Source: Bacteroidales bacterium | GTDB taxonomy: Bacteria; Bacteroidota; Bacteroidia; Bacteroidales; WCHB1-69 | Length of the DNA stretch: 64,000 nt | Direction of reading: 5' to 3' | NCBI GenBank assembly: GCA_017554325.1 | Contig: JAFZIP010000007.1 | Coordinates: 8,976-72,975, forward strand | Shown: piece by piece, positions 48,336 to 57,739 of the stretch | How positions within the stretch are numbered: position 1 is the first letter of the stretch | How the letters are laid out: each line of letters starts with the position of its first letter | The notes under the pieces: model-generated | What the model was told of the DNA's origin: nothing | The model's input: the letters and a program-made list of their open reading frames with translations, nothing else | Database searches by the model: none | Made by a program: the position numbers and the translations under genes

Positions 48336-48484
48336 GTCTCGAAGAGACGACCTGCACGAAGTGCAATTAACCCCGCACAAGCGACGTAGTCGCGCAGTGT
48401 GTGGGTGTAAAAGAGGCAAAAATGCCGTCTGAGAGTGAAATGTCCCGCACAAGCGACGTAGTCGCGCAGTGTGTGGGTGTAAAA
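48336..48484. repeat. REP-like element with two identical 41-bp palindromic units
   Basis: CCCGCACAAGCGACGTAGTCGCGCAGTGTGTGGGTGTAAAA at 48372-48412 and 48444-48484, preceded by GTCTC-GAA-GAGAC and TGCAC-GAA-GTGCA. Confidence 0.85.
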
Positions 48485-48491
48485 AGCTGTC

Positions 48492-49067
48492 TTATAGTAT
48501 CACCCCATACACCAATCCTCCCACGACTCCGCTCAACACAATTAGCAAAATGGGACTGACTTTGAACTTGAGGGAGACGACGAACACGGCGGCGAAAATG
48601 CTGATGCTTACCCACAATTGCGGTCCCGCATGGCCAAATGTGTCGGGCGTGACCATCAACAGAGCCGCCGCCGCGATAAGCCCCACAATGACCAGACGGA
48701 GCCAAGACATGGCGGCGGCGATGATCGGGTTGTCTTTATGCTTCATGAGAAAGCGGCTTACGATGAGCATGAGTATGACAGGCACGAGAATGACCGAAAG
48801 GGAAGCAATGAGCGCCCCTACAATACCCAACCATTCGGAGTAGCCGGCGTTCACGATGGCCGTGTAGCCAGTATAAGTTGCTGTGTTGATGCCGACGGGC
48901 CCTGGCGTGATTTGCGAGGTGGCCACGATATCCGCGAACTCCTGGCTCGTGAGCCACCCCTGCTTCTCCACCACTTCATTCTGGATGAGTGCGATAGCGG
49001 CCAGTCCCCCGCCGAAAGTGAAGGCTCCGATTTTCAGGAAAGTCAAAAACAACCGCAGAAATATCAT
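48492..49067 (-). CDS. Short-chain chromate transporter (CHR) subunit
   Basis: FLKIGAFTFGGG, SQITPGPVGIN.AT. Confidence 0.9.
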   Translation of the reverse strand: MIFLRLFLTFLKIGAFTFGGGLAAIALIQNEVVEKQGWLTSQEFADIVATSQITPGPVGINTATYTGYTAIVNAGYSEWLGIVGALIASLSVILVPVILMLIVSRFLMKHKDNPIIAAAMSWLRLVIVGLIAAAALLMVTPDTFGHAGPQLWVSISIFAAVFVVSLKFKVSPILLIVLSGVVGGLVYGVIL

Positions 49068-49615
49068 ACCCCCTCCTTTCTTTGCTCTTTATAGTGCCCG
49101 TATATGATTCCGGCAGCGAGCGTGACGAGTATAATCCAGATAGGCGAAATGCCCAACAGGTAGATGAGTCCGGCGGCAACAATCGGAACCCAGCAGTTGC
49201 GCCAGCGGATGCCAGCAGTTTTGGCCATGTTGAACACTGGTGCCGCGATGAGAGCCACTACGGCGGGACGAATGCCCTTGAAGATGGCCTCGAAAACGTC
49301 ATTGTCTTTCAAAAACCGGAAACAGGTGGCAATGCAGAGGATGATGACAATGGGGATGGCGATGTTGCCGATGATGGCGGCCAAGCTGCCCCGGAAACCG
49401 CGAAGCCGGTAACCTACATTCGTGGCCATGTTGACAGCAAAGATGCCAGGCATGGCCTGCGACACCGCTAAGATATCCATGAATGCTTCTCTGTCAATCC
49501 ATTGGCGACGATTCACAAGCTCCTGCTCCATCAGCGGTATCATGGCGTACCCGCCCCCAATGGTAAAGGTCCCGATTTTGAAAAACGACCAGAAAAGTTC
49601 ACGTAACCTTGGCAT
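49064..49615 (-). CDS. Short-chain chromate transporter (CHR) subunit
   Basis: FFKIGTFTIGGGYAM, SQAMPG, GIRPAVVALI; 4-bp overlap with the partner gene. Confidence 0.9.
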   Translation of the reverse strand: MPRLRELFWSFFKIGTFTIGGGYAMIPLMEQELVNRRQWIDREAFMDILAVSQAMPGIFAVNMATNVGYRLRGFRGSLAAIIGNIAIPIVIILCIATCFRFLKDNDVFEAIFKGIRPAVVALIAAPVFNMAKTAGIRWRNCWVPIVAAGLIYLLGISPIWIILVTLAAGIIYGHYKEQRKEGV

Positions 49616-49698
49616 GTCTTGAATTTGCCTGCAAAAATAGTATTTATTCACGAGATGAATCCTCAAATCGGCCGAAAGTGTTATTTTTGCCGACCATT

Positions 49699-51270
49699 AT
49701 GATACAGTTAAAACTCTCCAATATCCGAATCCCCGTTTCAGCAAACCCGAATGTGAAAAATGCGGTTTGCCAGCAGTACCACATCCGTCACGAGGATGTC
49801 CAGGCCTTCCGCGTGCTCCGTCAGGCTATTGATGCCCGCAAGAAAAACAAGGTGATGTACGATTACCAGGTGGCCGTTACCTTGCCCGACAGCTATGCCT
49901 CTCTTCTGGAAAAAGATGGCGTTTCGCAATTGAAACCTTCTGTGGAAGTGGAATATCCCCTGTGGAAAGACGACCTCCGCCCCGTGGTGGTCGGCTTCGG
50001 GCCCTCTGGCATGTTCGCCGCCCTGTATCTGGCCCGGTGCCAAGCCAAACCCATCATTTTGGAGAGAGGCGGCAAAATCGAGGACCGCAAACGCGCTGTG
50101 GCCGACTTCATGTACACCAAAACACTCAACCCTAACTCCAATGTGCAGTTTGGAGAGGGTGGGGCAGGCACATTCTCCGATGGCAAGCTGAACACCAATG
50201 TACATAGCGAGTACAATGATTTTGTACTCAAGGAATTTCACAAGCACGGTGCCCACGAGGATGTCACCTACATGCAGAACCCGCATGTGGGGACCGATTA
50301 TCTGGAGAAAGTGGTCCGGAATATGCGTCTGGAGATTGAATCCTTGGGTGGAGAGTTCCATTTCAATACGACATTTACTGATTTTCATCGGGAGGGGGGT
50401 GTGATAGAGCTGGTTTGTGCTCCGGAGCTCAGAATTCGCACCCATCATGTTTTGTTGGGATTAGGCCACTCGGCCCGCGATACCATCAAGCAACTCCACA
50501 AGCGGGGTATGGCCATGGAGGCCAAGCCGTTTTCCATGGGTGTGCGCATTGAGCACCAGCAGCGACGCATCAACCGGATGCAATATGGCGAGGCGGCGCG
50601 GATTCTGCCGCCGGCCTCCTACAAGGGCGTGGTCCATCTGCCCGAGCGGAGCGTCTATACCTTCTGCATGTGCCCCGGCGGTACGGTCATGGCCTCCGCC
50701 AGCGAGCCCAACACTATCGTGACCAACGGCATGAGTGAGCGCAACCGCGACAAGGCCAACTCCAATAGCGCCCTATTGGTGAATGTTAACCCAGAAGACT
50801 ATCTGAAGGACAGTCCGTTGGATGGACTGGACTATCAAGAAAAATACGAACGGCTGGCTTTCGAAGTGACTGGTGATTACCGTGCACCCGGCAACTTGGT
50901 GGGCGAGTTCCTGCAAGACAAAGTGGCGCAGATGTACCGTAGTGTAAAGCCCTCCTATCCGCACGGCGTGGCGTTTTGCGACCTCCGTCGCTGTCTGCCC
51001 GATTATGTGGTGGACTCTCTGCGCAAGGCGTTGCCGCTCTTCGACCGCAAGATGCCCGGGTTTGCCGACCCCGACGCAGTGCTCACGGGCGTGGAAACGC
51101 GCTCTTCATCACCTGTGCGCATGGTGCGCGGTGAGGACCGTGTCTGTTCGCTGCCCGGCTTCTACCCCATCGGCGAGGGCGCAGGTTACGCAGGCGGTAT
51201 CATGAGCGCCGCCATCGATGGTCTGAAAACGGCCATGTTTCTATTATCTTTGCCAGAGTTGAAATGTTAG
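49699..51270 (+). CDS. Uncharacterised FAD-dependent dehydrogenase
   Basis: VVGFGPSG, SNVQFGEGGAGTFSDGKL, GHSARDT, YTFCMCPGG, GVETRSSSPVR, GEGAGYAGGIMSAA. Confidence 0.9.
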   Translation: MIQLKLSNIRIPVSANPNVKNAVCQQYHIRHEDVQAFRVLRQAIDARKKNKVMYDYQVAVTLPDSYASLLEKDGVSQLKPSVEVEYPLWKDDLRPVVVGFGPSGMFAALYLARCQAKPIILERGGKIEDRKRAVADFMYTKTLNPNSNVQFGEGGAGTFSDGKLNTNVHSEYNDFVLKEFHKHGAHEDVTYMQNPHVGTDYLEKVVRNMRLEIESLGGEFHFNTTFTDFHREGGVIELVCAPELRIRTHHVLLGLGHSARDTIKQLHKRGMAMEAKPFSMGVRIEHQQRRINRMQYGEAARILPPASYKGVVHLPERSVYTFCMCPGGTVMASASEPNTIVTNGMSERNRDKANSNSALLVNVNPEDYLKDSPLDGLDYQEKYERLAFEVTGDYRAPGNLVGEFLQDKVAQMYRSVKPSYPHGVAFCDLRRCLPDYVVDSLRKALPLFDRKMPGFADPDAVLTGVETRSSSPVRMVRGEDRVCSLPGFYPIGEGAGYAGGIMSAAIDGLKTAMFLLSLPELKC

Positions 51271-51312
51271 CTTCGGCATCGGGATTTTTTTGTAATTTTG
51301 GCATCTTGTTAA

Positions 51313-51335
51313 ATAAGGATAATTATTTTCCTTAT
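51313..51335. promoter_or_regulatory. 11-1-11 palindrome with Fur-box-like core upstream of the TonB-dependent receptor
   Basis: ATAAGGATAAT-T-ATTTTCCTTAT, just downstream of TAATTTTG (51293-51300). Confidence 0.45.
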
Positions 51336-51401
51336 GGTGTTGTATCTTGTTAATATTTAACGATATATATTTCTTTGATATCCTATTGCAACATTTTGAT
51401 T

Positions 51402-54400
51402 ATGACTTATATTTTACGATTTTTTAACGAAAACAACAGAAATAGAACTGGATTGTCGGCCATCATGCTGGCATTTTGCTTCTTGATGACTACTTTTTCG
51501 CTGACGGCGCAGATCACCACCTCTTCCATATCGGGGAATGTCAGTGATGGTAAGAACCCTATCCCGAACGCGGTGGTCACTGTGGTGCACGGTCCCACTG
51601 GAACGAACTATTATGTTTTCTCTAATGAGAGGGGTAACTTTATTATCAATAATGTTTTAGTGGGCGGTCCATACACGGTTCGAGTGGAACGTCTCAATTT
51701 CCAGACTGCAATAGTACACGATGTCGTGGCCCCTATTGGTGAGACCGTAGTTGTAAATGTGGAATTGGCCCGTACCTCACAGCGGATTGAGGAGATTACC
51801 ATCTTCGGTGACGGAGAGAAATCCTCCATGAATATCAACCGCTCGGGCGCCGGTATCCTCATCAACAGCAGCGAAATCGTGACGGTGCCTTCCGTGAGTC
51901 GCAGCTTATACGATATGTTGAGATATACTCCGCAGGGTCTGATAACGGAAGGCGGTGCAGCGTTCGGTGGTGCCAACTATCGGGGATCCTTTGTTACTGT
52001 GGACGGGGCTTCATTCAACAACGCTTTTGGCATCGGTTCGAGCCTGCCCGCTGGCGGCACCCCGATTTCCCTTGAGGCTATCGACCAGGTCAGTGTCAAC
52101 CTAACACCCTACAACGTCCGCCACAGCGGCTTCCAGGGCGGTGCCATCAACATGGTTACCAAACATGGTACAAACAAATGGCATGGATCTGTTTATAATT
52201 ACTTTACTAATGATGATTTGCAAGGGAAACGAGTTGGTGATGACTGGTTGGCCGTTCCGTTTACCCTCAACAATACCATTGGTGTCACGCTAGAGGGTCC
52301 CATCGTCAAAGACAAGCTTTTCTTCTTTGTCAATGGAGAATACGTGGTGAGTCATGATGCCGGCTCCGATGTCTTGTCCCGCACGGATGAGAGTCAATCT
52401 TACGGTGGCAGCACCGGTTACAATCGCCCTACCACAGGTCAAATGGATGCTATACAACAATTTCTTGTTGACAAATACGGTTATGATCCAGGACGTTACG
52501 AGTACTATACGGTGAAAACTCCCGATTTCAGGGCTTTTGCACGTCTTGACTGGAGAATCAACGATTACAATCTGTTTAACATCCGTTTATCACACACACA
52601 CGTCTCCACACCTCACCCTGCGGCCAGCTCTTTCAACCCATTGGGAGGAAGCAACATTACACTTCTGTCTAACGGGGAACTCTATACGGTGAACCGCGAC
52701 AATGCTGGACGTAACTCGCAATATGCGATGCCGTTTGAATCGGCCAACTATTGCCAGAAACAGAATTTTACATCCTTGGTAGCGGAGCTCAACAGTCATG
52801 TGCTGAACGGACAAGGCAATAATATGGCCCGAATCACTTGGTCATTGCAAAATGAGCCTCGCACTTTCGTGGGTGGATACTTTCCGACCGTTGATATTTT
52901 GGAGCCATATACTGCCGCTGACGGCAGCACGCAGTTAGCCCTGTTCACAACGTTTGGCCCGGACCCGTTCACCTATAACAATCTTCGCCGCGTTAACACC
53001 ATCACGCTCACAGATGAATTCAACTACAAAAAAGGCATCCACAATATCATGACTGGTGCGCAGTTTGAATGGAATCGTATTGTCAACGGCTTCATGCAAG
53101 GCGGTGCTGGCTGGTACGTCTATGATTCCTGGCAGTCATTTCTCGCAGATGTAAACGGCGAGGAAGGTGCCGGACCTTCATTGTTCATGATCACCCATGC
53201 CAATTCAGACAATCCAACAGAGCAGGTCTTTCCAACTTTCAACCACTCCCAGATTTCCATTTACGCTCAAGATGACATGGAATTCAGCAAGTTTTTCAAA
53301 CTCACGGTCGGTCTCCGCTTGGAGACACCCTTTATTCGTTTACGTTATGGTAATCGCAATATCGAGTTTGATCAAATTGCGGCTGCGAATCCGAACAGCT
53401 CTTTTGCTGGATTCAGCACCGCCGACGTGCCCAATTTCGACTGCCACATCTCCCCGCGTGTCGGTTTCAACTGGGATATCACACACAAGCGTAAAGTCAT
53501 TCTTCGTGGCGGGACAGGCCTTTTCACGGGCCGTATTCCTAACGTATGGTTGGTGAGTGCTGCGGGTAACTCAAATTGCCTGCAATACCAATACATCGCC
53601 AATCTGGAAACAGGCCAGGACGTTGTGAACTTCGACCCCAATCTTTCGAATATCATAAACAGCGTCCACCATGGTCAGGTGTACAGTCAGACCAGTCTTC
53701 CTGCACCTACCAATGCCACCATTTTGGCAAAGGATCTGCACATGCCTACCAGTTGGAAATCCTCCCTGGCCTTGGACTTTGTGATTCCTGGCGACATCAA
53801 GGCCACTTTGGAGGCTGTCTATTCTTTTAACTTCAACGAAGTGTATGCCAAGGTGTTAGGTTATAAAGAAGACGGTACGGTATCGCTTCCTGGAGAACCC
53901 AATGCCCGTACCAACTACGCAAGCGAAGGCATTACCAACAGTGATGGCTCTTACATGAGCGGATACTATCTCTACAACGAGAAAAAACTGCACGGACAGT
54001 ACTTCTCCCTTACCGCTCAGCTGACCAAAGAGTTTCGTTTTGGTCTGAATTTGATGGCGGCTTACACATTAAGCAGTGCAATGACAATTTCCGACGGAAT
54101 TAGTGACCAAGTCTCCAGTTTGGCAAATACTGCCAGTGTGAATGGCAGCAACAGCCCAGAACTCGGGCTTACAGGCTATGTCGCGCCTCACCGTGTGATT
54201 GCCTCCATTGGATACAACATCAAGGAAGGTCCACACACGGCTACGCGGCTCGGTCTTTTTTACGAAGGCTTGAACATGGGAATCTATAATGTGAACTATC
54301 GTTCCCACCGCTCTTACCTCATTGACTATGCCAGTGGAATGAACAGTTTGCAGTTGATGTATATCCCCACCACCGAAGAACTGGCAGCTATGCCATTCGT

Positions 54401-54773
54401 TTCCGAGGAGAATCGCAATGCTTTCGAAGAGTTCATCAGCAACGACAATTATTTATGCAAGCACAGAGGCGAATATTCAATCCGCAACGGCGGTAAGGCA
54501 CCTTGGGTGAACCGCATCAATTTCAAGGTGGCGCAGGAGATATACTTCAACATCAAAGGTCGCAAGCAGACCATCGACGTTGGAGTCGATTTCAATAATC
54601 TGGGCAATCTTTTCTGCAGTAAATGGGGCGCTTACAAAGTGTTGGACAACGAAGTGGTGTTGAAATATGACAACCAAAACGGGAAATACACTTTCACTCC
54701 GTCAACGTGGTCGCTTTACAACAACTTGTCGAACACGTGGCAGATTCTGCTGCATTTTAAATATGCGTTTTAA
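51402..54773 (+). CDS. TonB-dependent receptor, Oar-like, with N-terminal carboxypeptidase-regulatory-like domain
   Basis: AQITTSSISG, HGPTGTNY, VGGPYTV, DGASFNNAFG, PISLEAI, GGAINMVTKHGTN, SPRVGFNWD, C-terminal aromatic KYAF. Confidence 0.9.
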   Translation: MTYILRFFNENNRNRTGLSAIMLAFCFLMTTFSLTAQITTSSISGNVSDGKNPIPNAVVTVVHGPTGTNYYVFSNERGNFIINNVLVGGPYTVRVERLNFQTAIVHDVVAPIGETVVVNVELARTSQRIEEITIFGDGEKSSMNINRSGAGILINSSEIVTVPSVSRSLYDMLRYTPQGLITEGGAAFGGANYRGSFVTVDGASFNNAFGIGSSLPAGGTPISLEAIDQVSVNLTPYNVRHSGFQGGAINMVTKHGTNKWHGSVYNYFTNDDLQGKRVGDDWLAVPFTLNNTIGVTLEGPIVKDKLFFFVNGEYVVSHDAGSDVLSRTDESQSYGGSTGYNRPTTGQMDAIQQFLVDKYGYDPGRYEYYTVKTPDFRAFARLDWRINDYNLFNIRLSHTHVSTPHPAASSFNPLGGSNITLLSNGELYTVNRDNAGRNSQYAMPFESANYCQKQNFTSLVAELNSHVLNGQGNNMARITWSLQNEPRTFVGGYFPTVDILEPYTAADGSTQLALFTTFGPDPFTYNNLRRVNTITLTDEFNYKKGIHNIMTGAQFEWNRIVNGFMQGGAGWYVYDSWQSFLADVNGEEGAGPSLFMITHANSDNPTEQVFPTFNHSQISIYAQDDMEFSKFFKLTVGLRLETPFIRLRYGNRNIEFDQIAAANPNSSFAGFSTADVPNFDCHISPRVGFNWDITHKRKVILRGGTGLFTGRIPNVWLVSAAGNSNCLQYQYIANLETGQDVVNFDPNLSNIINSVHHGQVYSQTSLPAPTNATILAKDLHMPTSWKSSLALDFVIPGDIKATLEAVYSFNFNEVYAKVLGYKEDGTVSLPGEPNARTNYASEGITNSDGSYMSGYYLYNEKKLHGQYFSLTAQLTKEFRFGLNLMAAYTLSSAMTISDGISDQVSSLANTASVNGSNSPELGLTGYVAPHRVIASIGYNIKEGPHTATRLGLFYEGLNMGIYNVNYRSHRSYLIDYASGMNSLQLMYIPTTEELAAMPFVSEENRNAFEEFISNDNYLCKHRGEYSIRNGGKAPWVNRINFKVAQEIYFNIKGRKQTIDVGVDFNNLGNLFCSKWGAYKVLDNEVVLKYDNQNGKYTFTPSTWSLYNNLSNTWQILLHFKYAF

Positions 54774-54776
54774 TTC

Positions 54777-55607
54777 CTATTTCGGTACCAGCGCAACCCT
54801 GAATCCACAATCCTCGTATCGGGAGTAGATACTGCCGCGATCGCGGTTGGCACAGCGTTGATAAGGAGCTGCATAGTTCCAGCTGCCGCCCCGCTGTACA
54901 CGATATGCTGTTTCTTGGTCGTTCAAAGGATTATTCCAATCCTTGTTCTCCGCATAGTAGTTTTCATCGAACCAATCCTGACACCATTCCCAAACGTTTC
55001 CGCTCATGTCGAACAACCCCAGCTCGTTCGCAGTCTTTATGCGGACATCGTGGGTGCGTTCGTTGCTGTTGCTATAAAACCATGCAACTTGTTTCAGGTC
55101 ATTGCCACCTGAATAGCTGGTGCCCGCGCTTTTGCGACCACCACGGGCGGCATACTCCCATTGAGCCTCGGTCGGCAGTGCGAAACGATAGCCTTGCGGC
55201 AGATCGGCAGCGAGAAACTTGTTGAGGCGGTTTACAAATCGCTGGCACTCTGCCCAACTTACCCGCTCCACGGGAAGCCAGTTGCCTTTCCAATAGCTCG
55301 GATTGTTGTCCCGACCCATCACCGCCATCCACAGGGCTTGGGTTACCTCCGTTTCTTCCATGTAGAAATCCGGCAAAGACACTGTGTGGTTGGGAATTTC
55401 ACGAGCTTTACAGCTGTCATCCCTCTCAGCAGTGCAGCCTAATTGCATGTCCCCGCCTTTCACAAACACCATTCTTAACGGAATGTCGTTCACGTGAAAT
55501 ACGCGACAGACTGGATCTTGAGCTTGTGCAGACAACGTACATGAAATTATTGCGGCAAGAAGCCACAAAGCAATGTTTTTCTTTGGTGTTTTTGATATCA
55601 GTTTCAT
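54777..55607 (-). CDS. Exported formylglycine-generating enzyme family (SUMF1/FGE-sulfatase) protein
   Basis: MVFVKGG, ETEVTQALW, LPTEAQWEYAARGG, NELGLFDMSGNVWEWC, RGGSW, GFRVAL. Confidence 0.9.
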   Translation of the reverse strand: MKLISKTPKKNIALWLLAAIISCTLSAQAQDPVCRVFHVNDIPLRMVFVKGGDMQLGCTAERDDSCKAREIPNHTVSLPDFYMEETEVTQALWMAVMGRDNNPSYWKGNWLPVERVSWAECQRFVNRLNKFLAADLPQGYRFALPTEAQWEYAARGGRKSAGTSYSGGNDLKQVAWFYSNSNERTHDVRIKTANELGLFDMSGNVWEWCQDWFDENYYAENKDWNNPLNDQETAYRVQRGGSWNYAAPYQRCANRDRGSIYSRYEDCGFRVALVPK

Positions 55608-55834
55608 CGAATTTCAGATAGGCTTGTTTTGAACAAAAAAAGCAGTGCATTCTGCCACTGTTAATCAAGGCAGTCAAAGCTTTTTTCCCAAGTTTGCAAA
55701 GATACTAAATTTATTGATTCCGAATGCCGAAACTAGCCTTTGAAACCTTGTTTGTTGAGATGCTGGGGCATTACCTCGCGGAACCCATTTTTTTACTATC
55801 TTTGCAACCTTGAAAGTCAATCCGTTAACTATTT

Positions 55835-56575
55835 ATGAGTGAATTTATTAGAGGTATCAAGAAAGGTTTTCCCATCTGTTTGGGTTACATACCTGTCTCT
55901 TTTACCTTCGGATTGATTGCCGTGAAGATGGGTTTCAATCCCGTGGAGGCCACGATCATCTCACTCACCAACATGGCTTCGGCGGGCCAGTTTGCCGGCA
56001 TACGACTCATCGAGGGCGGCGCTCCATACATTGAACTGGTGATTACTACCTTTGTCATCAACCTGCGCTATATGCTGATGTCGCTTTCGCTTTCCCAGAA
56101 AGTGGCTTCCGACATGCCCTTCTACAAACGTGCCATCATGGCTTTCTGCATTACCGATGAGGTCTTTGCCTTGGCCTCCATGGAAAAAGAAGACGTGAGT
56201 TTCCCATTCTTCGGCGGCCTGATGGCCACCCCGATTTTCGGATGGACGCTGGGAACTTGCCTCGGCGCAGTGGCTTCCAGTCTGCTTTCTCCCATGTTGC
56301 AGGGCTGCTTCGGCATCGCCCTGTACTGCATGTTCATCGCCATCATCATCCCGCCGGCGCGCCAGGGACGGAAAGTGGCTGTCGCGGTTATCGTTTCCGC
56401 ATTGCTCTCTTGTCTGTTCAAATATGTGCCGGGTATCGATGTGCTGTCCAAGAATGGCGGTGGCGGCTGGGCCATTATCATCTCCGCCATCCTCGGTGCG
56501 GCTATCTGCGCCTCCATCAAGGAGGTGAAGAGATTCCGTAGAAGAAATGTTCAGGAAGGAGGTGCCCATGTGTAG
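55835..56575 (+). CDS. azlC: AzlC family branched-chain amino acid exporter
   Basis: PICLGYIPVSFTFG, AGQFAG, INLRY.LMS, ITDEVFA. Confidence 0.9.
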   Translation: MSEFIRGIKKGFPICLGYIPVSFTFGLIAVKMGFNPVEATIISLTNMASAGQFAGIRLIEGGAPYIELVITTFVINLRYMLMSLSLSQKVASDMPFYKRAIMAFCITDEVFALASMEKEDVSFPFFGGLMATPIFGWTLGTCLGAVASSLLSPMLQGCFGIALYCMFIAIIIPPARQGRKVAVAVIVSALLSCLFKYVPGIDVLSKNGGGGWAIIISAILGAAICASIKEVKRFRRRNVQEGGAHV

Positions 56576-56912
56576 TATGCAGAATATTGCCATCTGTATG
56601 GTGATTATGGCGCTCACCACCTACCTTATCCGCCTCATTCCCATCGGGTTTGTGCGGAAAAAACTGGAAAATGAATGGATTAAGGACTTTCTGTTCTACA
56701 TCCCGTTCTGTGTACTCTCGGCCATGACCTTCCCCGATGTGCTCTATTCCACCACACCGACAGGTGCAACCACGCCGCATTTCGCCTCCGCTGCTATTGC
56801 AACTATGGTGGCGATTGTGATGGCTTGGAAAAATAGGGGATTGGTACGGGTGGCCTTGGTGGCCGTGCTCGTGGCTGTAATCGTGGAACTGTTGCTGCCG
56901 GTTATATTCTGA
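56568..56912 (+). CDS. azlD: AzlD domain protein
   Basis: MALTTYLIRLIP, FLFYIP.CVLSAMTFP; overlaps the azlC stop. Confidence 0.85.
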   Translation: MCSMQNIAICMVIMALTTYLIRLIPIGFVRKKLENEWIKDFLFYIPFCVLSAMTFPDVLYSTTPTGATTPHFASAAIATMVAIVMAWKNRGLVRVALVAVLVAVIVELLLPVIF

Positions 56913-56914
56913 TC

Positions 56915-57739
56915 CTACATTTCAGGCAGCATGGCGAAAATCAGCTTTACCATGTTCGGACCGGCTGTGTTGGCAGCTTGCAGCACTTCTTCGTGCGTGG
57001 CTTCCATCACCTGTCCCACAATGCCCAAGTCGGTGATGACCGACAAAGCGAAGATTTCAATACCTCTGTGATGCGCCATGATGGCCTCCGGCACAGTGGA
57101 CATGCCCACTGCGTCGGCACCCATGATGTGGAACATCTTGTATTCAGCCGGAGTCTCGAAGCAAGGGCCGGTCACACCCATATACACGCCCTCCTGCAAG
57201 TGTACACCAGTCTCCTTGGCTTTCTTGTAGGCCAATTTGATAAGACGGTGGGAATAGACTTCGCTCATGTTGGGGAATCGCGGTCCCAATGTGTCGTCGT
57301 TGGGCCCTAACAGAGGATTGTCGCCGAACATGTTGATATGGTCCTTGATGATCATGATGTCGCCTACCTTGAAGGTGGGGTTCATGCCGCCGGCAGCGTT
57401 GGAAAGGATAATGCATTTCACACCCAATCCACTCAAAATCTGCTGAGGATAAGTCACTACACTCATCGGATAGCCTTCGTAATAGTGCATCCGACCGTTG
57501 AAGACCATCACTTCCGTGTTGTTCAGCTTCCCGAAAATCAAAGTGCCTTTGTGCCCCTTGACTGTTGAAACGGGAAAATTGGGTATTTCCGTGTAAGGGA
57601 TTTCATCGGTGATTTCGACAGATTGGGTAAGCCCGCCTAAGCCGGACCCCAGTACGATGGCTACTTTGGGATGAATACTTGTTTTGCTTTTTAAATACGA
57701 AACAGTCTCTTCAATCTTCTTTTTTCTCTCTTCTAACAT
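56915..57739 (-). CDS. punA: Purine-nucleoside phosphorylase (trimeric type)
   Basis: IVLGSGLG, STVKGHKG, GRMHYYEG, NAAGG, GPCFETPAE, DAVGMSTVPE. Confidence 0.94.
   Translation of the reverse strand: MLEERKKKIEETVSYLKSKTSIHPKVAIVLGSGLGGLTQSVEITDEIPYTEIPNFPVSTVKGHKGTLIFGKLNNTEVMVFNGRMHYYEGYPMSVVTYPQQILSGLGVKCIILSNAAGGMNPTFKVGDIMIIKDHINMFGDNPLLGPNDDTLGPRFPNMSEVYSHRLIKLAYKKAKETGVHLQEGVYMGVTGPCFETPAEYKMFHIMGADAVGMSTVPEAIMAHHRGIEIFALSVITDLGIVGQVMEATHEEVLQAANTAGPNMVKLIFAMLPEM

Noticed and set aside
48372-48484. Mini CRISPR array (two 41-bp repeats, 31-bp spacer)
   Set aside because: Only two units, no cas genes or AT-rich leader; the nested hairpins and the motif shared with 16488 fit a REP-like element better
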